Shown here: piece by piece, positions 27,801 through 34,464 of the stretch | Layout: the number at the start of each line of letters is the position of its first letter | Position numbering within the stretch: the first letter of the stretch is position 1 | The notes under the pieces: generated by a model | Database searches by the model: none | Seen by the model: the letters and a program-made list of their open reading frames with translations, nothing else | What the model was told of the DNA's origin: nothing | Program-made: the position numbers and the translations under genes | DNA from: an uncultured Christensenella sp. | Lineage (GTDB): Bacteria > Bacillota > Clostridia > Christensenellales > UBA1242 | Direction of reading: 5' to 3' | DNA length: 64,000 nt | NCBI GenBank assembly: GCA_949293905.1 | Contig: CASFFG010000002.1 | Location: 12,153-76,152 of the forward strand

Positions 27801-28012
27801 ACTTAAATCCTTTCCGCTACCGTGGTTACTACTTCGATACTGAAACAGGACTTTATTATATAAACAACAGGTACTATGACCCAGAAATTGGTAGATTTAT
27901 TAACGCTGATGAGATTGGCAATATAGATACCGAAAATCTAAACGGCTTCAATCTCTATATTTATTGCGCCAACAATCCAGTAAACAATGTACAGCCTAAA
28001 GAAATTAATTAA
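24881..28012 (+). CDS. RHS/YD-repeat protein ending at the RHS core (no C-terminal toxin domain)
   Basis: 1043 aa with many YD repeats (YxYDxxGNL, e.g. YKYDEKGNIIEI, YDAGGNIV). The RHS core end is PFRYRGYYFDTETGLYYINNRYYDPEIGRFINAD...NLYIYCANNPVNNVQPKEIN-stop. Confidence 0.9.
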   Translation: MFKIKVNDVLLNTNASGNIYADIALPASLNNVKITKAKLKLVVNKDKNSNNNEEISVNYEYVKDGIVNLRWENIDHLSNLANGDVIYIDFLNELQDACTLGASNLHLVFCKNTTSDLTFNEINSSNVDVECISLYEYESNSGSHEIDCGRAGVVSINLSTGEFSLNHFDVKSDSNTLPLIIAHNYNSSPANNFKFFNDENFDTHCGKGWKLNIQQYLKKVNSRSNLNNGHNQDNSLNFEYIDATGKTQLLHNSVKIKSELEDLPIKSNHLKGLIKTQVPVYYLCNDDNIIYGFGKTADENIFRLILITDAYGNGIYINYEDLNSNKIISLINSTGNSFLFNYNKQDLLESIVDSRNRKINFEYENNLLTKITYPDKNYSQYLYNPDNKIIAVIDQSGLGKYFEYNDKGKVTRIMTYHKDEPSRKFYQEFMLDEKGRITSSINEFGITVSNYVYLDGTNIILKEIDKNGNIISYDYDKNVHLIGLTTSSNGEENTNIYGYTLNYLTSLKHNDFEYNYEYDNLGKLNRILIANEVYFTKSYTDNSETITYKNGATFKRTFNSDGKITSVEYNQAPILENVYDPLGNLIKSTDKTNNESNVHNYYYDKFGNLYKETSTQHSINVEIKNTIDKKTGDTTASEIKLGNKTLNYSYNYNKNFVNKLDNVVLPNKKTQYIVNDKLCRTYEIKLDSHIKLYHYLSNGDHTSNLISSVWYGDRDKINGNYRYKYDEKGNIIEIKENSILIARYKYDNLSRLIREDNRLFNKTTTIEYDAGGNIVFKLEYLFTLTDNLNESTPAAIYPYLYKSTGWRDQLVSYNGENFAYDEVGNPTTCRGETLIWSHARQVVQLGDCKYTYNANGIRTSKIVNGVKTKFFLNGNRIIAQDDGNIIYYHYGADGIVGFTLQLSNTDIQEYTYKKNIQGDIIGIYELENVLICKYIYDAWGNTKTLILSSNGSYVDISSTSNDTCVNTKYLFIANLNPFRYRGYYFDTETGLYYINNRYYDPEIGRFINADEIGNIDTENLNGFNLYIYCANNPVNNVQPKEIN

Positions 28013-28223
28013 AAGCATTGAGTAATTGCTATTATATAAATTACAAACCCACTACACCTAAACTATTTAAATCTATGAATAAGATAAGTTGAGTTTAATA
28101 ATAAGACGTTAAATTCTCTATCAATTAATATAAAAATAAAAGCATGCAAATAAATTTTAAATATTTAACTAAATTTTAATGCTTAATTATTTATTTTATG
28201 TTATAATATGTGCGGAGGAACAA

Positions 28224-28601
28224 ATGAAAAAATTAGTTATTTATCGTTGCGAAGTTTGCGGGAATATCGCTGTAAAGTTAGTAGATAGCGGAGTTCCTAT
28301 GGTCTGCTGTGGGCAAAAAATGGTGGAGATTAAACCTAACATGAATGACGGTGCAGTTGAAAAACATATGCCAGTAGTTGAAGTTTCTGGGAATATCGTT
28401 AAAGTACAGGTTGGTTCCACTCTTCACCCTATGACCGCTGAGCATTATATTTCGCACATTATCATTGAAACAAATAAAGGTTATAAAGTATTCAATCTAA
28501 CACCTAAAGATGAACCAAAGGTTGAGATGACTCTTGGGGCAAAAGAAAAGGTTAATAAAGTTTACTCAATATGTAACCTTCATGGTATTTGGGCAAAATA
28601 A
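28224..28601 (+). CDS. dfx: Desulfoferrodoxin (superoxide reductase)
   Basis: Start is ATG 28224 after GGAGGAAC. The N-terminal desulforedoxin motif is CEVCGN...CCGQ. The SOR centre has H...H...CNLHGIW. 125 aa. Confidence 0.9.
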   Translation: MKKLVIYRCEVCGNIAVKLVDSGVPMVCCGQKMVEIKPNMNDGAVEKHMPVVEVSGNIVKVQVGSTLHPMTAEHYISHIIIETNKGYKVFNLTPKDEPKVEMTLGAKEKVNKVYSICNLHGIWAK

Positions 28602-28612
28602 TTACATAAAAA

Positions 28613-28640
28613 ACAAGGGCAAATTTTGCCCTTGTTTTTA
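28613..28640 (+). terminator. Rho-independent terminator
   Basis: Stem ACAAGGGC (28613-28620) / GCCCTTGT (28628-28635), followed by TTTT. Confidence 0.8.
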
Positions 28641-28811
28641 TTTATATTTTAATAAATTATTAAATAAAAATTTAAATATCCTTGACAACTAAAATAATCA
28701 AAAATTCAAAAATAATCTATGAAATAGTATTTTTAATTAATTTTTTGTAAATTTTTATTAAAATTTTTAAAAGGCTAAAGTTATGTAACAATCATTATTA
28801 AATTTTAAAGC

Positions 28812-28846
28812 AAACAAAAAGATAGTGAATTCTCTTTCACTATCTT
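28812..28846 (-). terminator. Rho-independent terminator of the 28912..29418 gene
   Basis: An 11-bp stem AAGATAGTGAA (28819-28829) / TTCACTATCTT (28836-28846) with a T-run on the minus strand. Confidence 0.7.
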
Positions 28847-28911
28847 TTGCATAGAAATTTCTTTTCGCTTGATTTTATATAGTTTCATTCGTAACAAAAT
28901 TAAATAAATTA

Positions 28912-29418
28912 TCACACCAAATTTTCAAAATCAATCTGCTTGAAAAAATGTAATTTCATGCTGGGATTAAGGCATGGTAATGAATGGTCTTCATATAAAT
29001 AAATGTTAAGCAAGAAAAAGTCATTTTCATTAAAAGCATATTTGCTTACTGAAAAATGAACTTTTTCGTTTGTGTTTTCATTTTCAAAAATTAAAATTTG
29101 ACTTGATGCAGAGGGTACGAAAATTGTTCCGTGTCCACCAGAACACGAAACGGATAAATTATATTCCTTTTCATTATATATTAGAGTGGAAATCATGCTT
29201 TCTACGATACCGCTTCCTTCATTAACAGCTGTTAAATCTATTTTCATTGAAAAGTCATCTCCAGTTGCAACCCAAACACCGGACCTTGGGAAATCCTCAA
29301 AATCACTTGGGCTTTTCGAGTTTGTGTACACTATTGTTGCGTATATAATGTAAGCAAATATTATTAAAACTATTACACTAATGATTAGTGCAGATATGGA
29401 TTTTTTCTTCTTCTCCAT
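28912..29418 (-). CDS. N-terminally membrane-anchored protein, function unknown
   Basis: 168 aa with one TM helix (ISALIISVIVLIIFAYIIYATIV), then a soluble domain. Confidence 0.5.
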   Translation of the reverse strand: MEKKKKSISALIISVIVLIIFAYIIYATIVYTNSKSPSDFEDFPRSGVWVATGDDFSMKIDLTAVNEGSGIVESMISTLIYNEKEYNLSVSCSGGHGTIFVPSASSQILIFENENTNEKVHFSVSKYAFNENDFFLLNIYLYEDHSLPCLNPSMKLHFFKQIDFENLV

Positions 29419-29493
29419 TAGTATTTCCCTTATATGTTAACTATAATTCAAATTGATTTAAACTGAAAAACTTATTTTCATTTTTCCACAAAA

Positions 29494-31902
29494 TCACCCT
29501 ACAATATTGAAAATTCGATTAGGGATATATATGATTTTCTTATATCCGTTTGGAATGTAGTGTGCGACTTCTTTTAGGGCGAGTTCTTTAATTTCGCTCT
29601 CGGTTGCAGTTTTTGACACTGTTATTTTCCCGCGGAGTTTACCATTTACTTGGATAGGAATTTCTACCGTATCTTCCACCATTTTACTCTCGTCGTAGGT
29701 TGGCCAACTCTCGTACGCGATAGTATCATTATGTCCTAATTCTTGCCATAATTCTTCCGTGATAAACGGGCATATTGGATTTAATAGTTTCAAAAATCCT
29801 TCCGCATACTCGCGCGGGAAGATTTCTTCCTTAGAGAGAGCATTTACAAAAATCATCATCTGCGAAATTGCAGTATTAAAGTTAAGTGTTTCATAGTCGT
29901 TAGTGACCTTTTTTACCGTTTGGTTATAAATCATATCAAGCGCTTTATTCTCGGCATCAATAATCTTCTTTTCCTGGTATAATCTGTACACTTTATCTAT
30001 GAATTTTTTTGCACCATTTACTCCGTTATCGTCCCAAGGTTTAGACATCTCTAATGGTCCCATGAACATCTCGTAGAGTCTAAGAGTATCCGCACCATAC
30101 TTTTTAACAATATCATTAGGGTCAACTACATATTCGGGGTAACGCTTGCCCATTTTTATACCATTTGCGCCCAAAATCATGCCCGGGTGCACAAGTTTTT
30201 TAAATGGTTCTTTTACTGGAACGACTCCCTTATCAAAAAGGTAGTTATTCCACATTCTTGAATATAGTAAATGACCTACCGCATGCTCTGGTCCGCCGAC
30301 ATACAAGTCAACTGGAAGCCAATGTTTCAAAAGTTCATAATTTGCAAGTTCCTTATCATTCTTCGGGTCAATGTAGCGCAAGAAATACCAACTCGAACCC
30401 GCACTACCCGGCATTGTGCTAGTTTCTCTCTCGGCTGGTCGTCCATCTACCGTAACATGTACCCAATCGGTAGCCTTTTTTAGCGGACTACTACCGTCTT
30501 TTGCTGGTTTGTAGTCGTCCAAATCTGGAAGAACTAGCGGAAGTTCGCTATCTTTTAGCGCCTTAGTTGTTCCGTCTTTAAAATGCACGATAGGAATAGG
30601 TTCGCCCCAATAGCGTTGACGCGCAAAAATCCACTCACGAATTCGGTAGTTGTTTTTCTTTCTACCCTTACCCATAGCGATAAGTTTCTCAGTTATCTTC
30701 TCCTTTGCTTCTTCAACTGTAAGTCCTGAAAATTCTTCACTATTTATTAGTTTACAACATTTTCCCAAATAGTCTTGCTTTTCAAAGGCATGTTTGCTAA
30801 CATCTGCTCCTGAAATAACTTGTATCATAGGGATATTGTGTGCAACTGCGTACTCAAAGTCGCGTTGGTCGTGACTTGGGACTGCCATTACCGCCCCAGT
30901 ACCATAACTCGCCAACACGAAATCACCGATATAAACAGGGACTTCGCGACCATTTACTGGATTAATCGCATAAATTCCGTCAAGTACGCAACCCGTCTTC
31001 CCTTTATTTAGTTCTGTGCGCTCCATGTCGCTCTTTTTAGCAGTTTCTTCGCGGTATTTTTCGACTTCTGCCCAATTCTTTATGCGCGGTTTTAATTCGT
31101 CGACAAGTTTACTTTCAGGCGCAACAACCATGAATGTGATACCATAAATAGTCTCAATACAAGTGGTATAAATTGAGAATTTTCCACCACCAACTATATC
31201 AAAGTCCACTTCAACACCTGTCGATTTCCCTATCCAATTCCTTTGCATTGCCTTGGTGGACTCGGGCCAGTCGATTTCATCTAGCCCCTCCAAAAGTCTA
31301 TCCGCGTATTTCGGCATATCGATAACCCACTGCTTCATATTTTTCTTTACAACAGGATATCCACCGCGCTCGCTCTTTCCGTCCACAATCTCGTCGTTAG
31401 CAAGCACGCAACCTAAACCTTCACACCAGTTGACTGGCATCTCAACGCATTTTGCAAGTCCATCTTCATACAACTTTTTAAATATCCACTGTGTCCACTT
31501 ATAGTAACTCGGGTCACTAGTTTTTATCTCTCTATCCCAATCAAAAGAAAACCCTATATTCTTTAATTGATTAGTAAAATACTCAATATTTTTTTCAGTA
31601 AAAATGCTAGGATTGTTTCCAGTGTCTATCGCGTACTGCTCGGCGGGTAGACCGAATGAATCAAACCCCATTGGGTGCAAAACATTATACCCCTGCATGC
31701 GTTTCATACGAGAAACGATGTCGGTTGCAGTGTATCCTTCTGGGTGTCCTACATGAAGTCCTGCTCCAGACGGATACGGAAACATATCCAACGCGTAAAA
31801 TTTTGGGCGCGAAAAATCCCAAATGTCCGTTTTAAAAGTTCCATGTTCTTCCAAATATTTTTTCCACTTGTTTTCAACTTCGATGTGATTATATTCTTTC
31901 AT
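29494..31902 (-). CDS. leuS: Leucine--tRNA ligase
   Basis: 802 aa with the class I HIGH variant (HVGHPEGY), the KMSKS variant (KMGKR) and a CP1 editing domain. Confidence 0.98.
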   Translation of the reverse strand: MKEYNHIEVENKWKKYLEEHGTFKTDIWDFSRPKFYALDMFPYPSGAGLHVGHPEGYTATDIVSRMKRMQGYNVLHPMGFDSFGLPAEQYAIDTGNNPSIFTEKNIEYFTNQLKNIGFSFDWDREIKTSDPSYYKWTQWIFKKLYEDGLAKCVEMPVNWCEGLGCVLANDEIVDGKSERGGYPVVKKNMKQWVIDMPKYADRLLEGLDEIDWPESTKAMQRNWIGKSTGVEVDFDIVGGGKFSIYTTCIETIYGITFMVVAPESKLVDELKPRIKNWAEVEKYREETAKKSDMERTELNKGKTGCVLDGIYAINPVNGREVPVYIGDFVLASYGTGAVMAVPSHDQRDFEYAVAHNIPMIQVISGADVSKHAFEKQDYLGKCCKLINSEEFSGLTVEEAKEKITEKLIAMGKGRKKNNYRIREWIFARQRYWGEPIPIVHFKDGTTKALKDSELPLVLPDLDDYKPAKDGSSPLKKATDWVHVTVDGRPAERETSTMPGSAGSSWYFLRYIDPKNDKELANYELLKHWLPVDLYVGGPEHAVGHLLYSRMWNNYLFDKGVVPVKEPFKKLVHPGMILGANGIKMGKRYPEYVVDPNDIVKKYGADTLRLYEMFMGPLEMSKPWDDNGVNGAKKFIDKVYRLYQEKKIIDAENKALDMIYNQTVKKVTNDYETLNFNTAISQMMIFVNALSKEEIFPREYAEGFLKLLNPICPFITEELWQELGHNDTIAYESWPTYDESKMVEDTVEIPIQVNGKLRGKITVSKTATESEIKELALKEVAHYIPNGYKKIIYIPNRIFNIVG

Positions 31903-31931
31903 AACTGCTCCGTAATAAAAATGTATATTAA

Positions 31932-31960
31932 ATTTTATAATTTTTATAGCAGTTTGTCAA
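31932..31960 (-). promoter_or_regulatory. Candidate leuS promoter (short leader, no T-box)
   Basis: Minus-strand reading is TTGACA (31955-31960), a 17-nt spacer, then TAAAAT (31932-31937). This leaves about 25 nt of leader containing the ACGGAGCAG Shine-Dalgarno. Confidence 0.5.
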
Positions 31961-31967
31961 ATAAAAT

Positions 31968-32282
31968 CTATCTAGGGACAAAACTATTGCATGGAGCGTT
32001 TTTTATTGTACTACCTACAAAAATCCCATTGGAATAACATTCTCCACCATTGTTAAATATGCACTCTTTTTCTTCACACATAATGTTCATTGTTTGACAG
32101 TGATGATATGGTGCGATGTCAGGTTCATGCATAAACATATCGCGTGAAACATCTTCCACGATTTTTTCTTTATCTACATCTAAGTCAGCACAATAGGCCT
32201 TGTCGTCAACTTTTAAATTTTGTCTACAACACTTTGCCCTATCATTAAACTGACAACTATATTTTCTACATACTACGTCCAT
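31968..32282 (-). CDS. DUF1540-like Cys-rich small protein
   Basis: 104 aa with a repeated pattern C..FN....C......V (CQFNDRAKCCRQNLKV ... CIFNNGGECYSNGIFV). Confidence 0.65.
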   Translation of the reverse strand: MDVVCRKYSCQFNDRAKCCRQNLKVDDKAYCADLDVDKEKIVEDVSRDMFMHEPDIAPYHHCQTMNIMCEEKECIFNNGGECYSNGIFVGSTIKNAPCNSFVPR

Positions 32283-32736
32283 ACAATTATTTTCGCCAAA
32301 TAAAAATCTTTTATACTTTTAATTTTGATTAAATATTTATAAAAAATTTTAAAAATTTCAAAAAATCTATTAAAAATCAACTAAAAAATTAATAAATACC
32401 GCATTTTTATTAAAAATTTAATTTTTTATTAATCATTTATAATTATTTAATTTGGATATACTTATTTTTTAATTCTTATTGTATACCTATTCCCCGCTTA
32501 AATATAGTAAAATTTTATAATAAAAATTATTTTACACTATTATAATATTAATTTTAATATTTATATAATTAAAAAATTAAATATCTTAAAAAAATATAAA
32601 AAATTATTAATTTAATTTAATTTTTACTAATTTTTTAATATTTTTTATTTATATTTAAAAATTTTTTATTATGGGTACAGTATTTATATGATTGACAAAA
32701 GTTATAAATCTTGTTAATATAATAACAGGAGAAAAT

Positions 32737-33180
32737 ATGAAAGTAATACTAATTAAGGACCTTAAAGGTAAAGGAAAAGCAGGAGATATAATAGATGTAA
32801 ATCCAAACTACGCGAGTAATGTTCTCATTCGTCAAGGGATTGCAAAGGAAGCGACCGCGAGCAACTTAAATGACCATAAAGGAAAGGTTGAATCTAAAGC
32901 GTATCACCATGCGGAAATGGTTAAAGAATATCAAGCCTTGGCAAATTCAATTCGCGGGAAAGTGTACAATTTCACACTCAATGTTGGTTCAAATGGAAAA
33001 GCATTCGGCTCGATTACTAAGCAAGAAATTTTAAACGCTCTCACCGCGGACGGAATTAAGGTAGAAAAAAATATGATTAAAGATTTCCCAACCATTAAAG
33101 GTGTTGGACAATACAAAATCACCTTGCAACTTATAAAAGAAGTTTCAGTCGATATAATCGCAAATGTAAATATAAAATAA
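32737..33180 (+). CDS. rplI: 50S ribosomal protein L9
   Basis: Start is ATG 32737 after AGGAGAA. MKVILIKDLKGKGKAGDIIDVNPNYASNVLI is the canonical L9 N-terminus. 147 aa. Confidence 0.95.
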   Translation: MKVILIKDLKGKGKAGDIIDVNPNYASNVLIRQGIAKEATASNLNDHKGKVESKAYHHAEMVKEYQALANSIRGKVYNFTLNVGSNGKAFGSITKQEILNALTADGIKVEKNMIKDFPTIKGVGQYKITLQLIKEVSVDIIANVNIK

Positions 33181-33183
33181 AGA

Positions 33184-33205
33184 ACGCACCAAAAGTGCGT
33201 TTTTA
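33184..33205 (+). terminator. Rho-independent terminator of rplI
   Basis: Stem ACGCAC (33184-33189) / GTGCGT (33195-33200), followed by TTTTT. Confidence 0.75.
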
Positions 33206-33207
33206 TT

Positions 33208-33432
33208 TTAATCCTCTCTCCCGAGTAGGTAATCCGCAGTTACGCCGAAATAGTCTGCAATGTCACATAGGTAGTGAATATTTGGTGACTTAATTTTAAG
33301 TAGCCAACTATTTATTGTCGTTCTAGGTATATTTATTAAACTCGCGAACTTTTTTATGCTCAAATTTTTCTCTTCCATAAGGTCGCGCAATCTTTCTGCA
33401 AATGCATCTACCACAATTTCATATTTATTCAT
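33208..33432 (-). CDS. XRE-family HTH regulator
   Basis: Start is set to ATG 33430-33432 (MNKYEIV...). LSIKKFASLINIPRTTINSWLLKIKSPNIHYLCDIADYFGVTADYLLG is a Cro/C1-type HTH. Confidence 0.75.
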   Translation of the reverse strand: MNKYEIVVDAFAERLRDLMEEKNLSIKKFASLINIPRTTINSWLLKIKSPNIHYLCDIADYFGVTADYLLGRED

Positions 33433-33440
33433 GTAATTAT

Positions 33441-33460
33441 TATGACCTAAATGTGTCATA
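33441..33460. promoter_or_regulatory. Palindromic candidate operator TATGAC-N8-GTCATA upstream of the XRE gene
   Basis: TATGAC 33441-33446 and GTCATA 33455-33460. A third GTCATA half-site lies at 33484-33489. Confidence 0.4.
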
Positions 33461-33499
33461 TTTAGTTGACAAGGCACTTATGGGTCATATAGACTATAA

Positions 33500-33644
33500 T
33501 TAGTCTTGAGATAAAAATTTATTCGCATAATTATCTTTATCTTGAGAGCCATTGGTGAGGAATGTCCAGGAAACACGCGCGCTAATCTATTGTGACTGTA
33601 AGCCTGTGGTAAAAAACCGCAACAAAATTTGTTGCGGATTTTTT
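33500..33644 (+). ncRNA. Candidate orphan small RNA (unclassified), bounded by a TTGACA promoter-like site and a terminator
   Basis: TTGACA at 33466-33471 with TATAGA/TATAAT-like hexamers at 33488-33500. A locally GC-rich core (33541-33610, e.g. CCAGGAAACACGCGCGC) sits in otherwise AT-rich spacer DNA. It ends at the 33611-33644 hairpin plus T6. There is no downstream plus-strand gene. Confidence 0.25.
33611..33644. terminator. Bidirectional Rho-independent terminator
   Basis: Stem CCGCAAC (33617-33623) / GTTGCGG (33631-33637), flanked by A6 and T6. Confidence 0.75.
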
Positions 33645-33658
33645 AGTCTATGTGTTTA

Positions 33659-34012
33659 TTATATCGTTGCTCTCCATTGTTTAAAATAAGTTAATTTATT
33701 TTCATCATTTAGTGAAATTTGGAAAATTCCATCAATTTTTTGTTCCACCCCATTCATTGTGCGTTCCATTCGCCAATTTACAATCGCTAAATCTTCAGTT
33801 TTACACAGAATTTTAAATGAATATGAGTGTACTTTTTGATTATAGTTCACTACTCGCCATAAATCTTCAACTTCCTTCCAAGTTTTGCAAGGTTCGCCCA
33901 TTGGAGTTTCATAATATTTCACATCTTTACTGAAAAGTTCGGTAGTCTTAATACCTTCAAGTTTTTTCCACGACTCCATAAACTTATTTAACCATAATTC
34001 GAAGTTTTTCAT
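33659..34012 (-). CDS. NTF2/SnoaL-like fold protein (tentative)
   Basis: 117 aa. The size and pattern (W..F..SW......LF..DV.Y.E.P ... W...) suggest an NTF2-like family. Weak call. Confidence 0.4.
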   Translation of the reverse strand: MKNFELWLNKFMESWKKLEGIKTTELFSKDVKYYETPMGEPCKTWKEVEDLWRVVNYNQKVHSYSFKILCKTEDLAIVNWRMERTMNGVEQKIDGIFQISLNDENKLTYFKQWRATI

Positions 34013-34034
34013 TGAAATCTCCTAATAATCGTTT

Positions 34035-34436
34035 CTATTTTTTCAAAATGGCGGTTACTTCTATTTCTATTTTTGCACCATCACGAACCATTCTATTTAC
34101 TTCGACAAGGGTAGAAACTGGCATAGAGTTTTTAAAATATTCTGCTCTTATCTTTGAAACTTTTTCAAATTCACTCATGTCAGTTACATAAATAACTGCT
34201 TTTATAACATCATCAAAACTCGCACCTGCCGACTTTAATATATCTCCAATGTCCGCAAAAACTTCGTGGGTTTGGACTTCAATATCGTTTGAGTCAACTC
34301 GCGAATTATTTTCCTTTGACGCATGCGCTTGAATTCCTGAAACATAAATCAAATAATAATTTCCACAATCGATTTTTTTAGCGGGAGTATAAACCCCTAT
34401 TTTTTTATATCCTGCTGGATTTATGTTTTCAATCAT
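34035..34436 (-). CDS. RidA/YjgF-family reactive-intermediate deaminase
   Basis: Start is ATG 34434-34436 after AGGAGA. Contains the C-terminal signature PVSTLVEVNRMVRDGAKIEIEVTA and the earlier YVSGIQA. Confidence 0.85.
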   Translation of the reverse strand: MIENINPAGYKKIGVYTPAKKIDCGNYYLIYVSGIQAHASKENNSRVDSNDIEVQTHEVFADIGDILKSAGASFDDVIKAVIYVTDMSEFEKVSKIRAEYFKNSMPVSTLVEVNRMVRDGAKIEIEVTAILKK

Positions 34437-34464
34437 GATTAATCTCCTATTTGGTTGAATTTTT

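Noticed and set aside
21804-28223. Classifying the tRNA-Ser-adjacent block as an integrative mobile element.
   Set aside because: No integrase, recombinase or transposase is present. No direct repeat of the tRNA 3' end was found downstream by eye in 28013-28223 or 28602-28911. It is reported only as a tRNA-flanked accessory block.
33500-33644. Small SRP RNA, TPP or ZTP riboswitch, or T-box identity for the GC-rich spacer.
   Set aside because: The conserved cores are absent: GGAA tetraloop with AGCAGC for SRP, CUGAGA...ACCUGAUCUGGAUAAUGCCAGCG for TPP, the GGGUCGUGACUGGCG/CCGCCUGGGC pair for ZTP, and GGUGGUACCGCG for T-box. No downstream gene is on the same strand.
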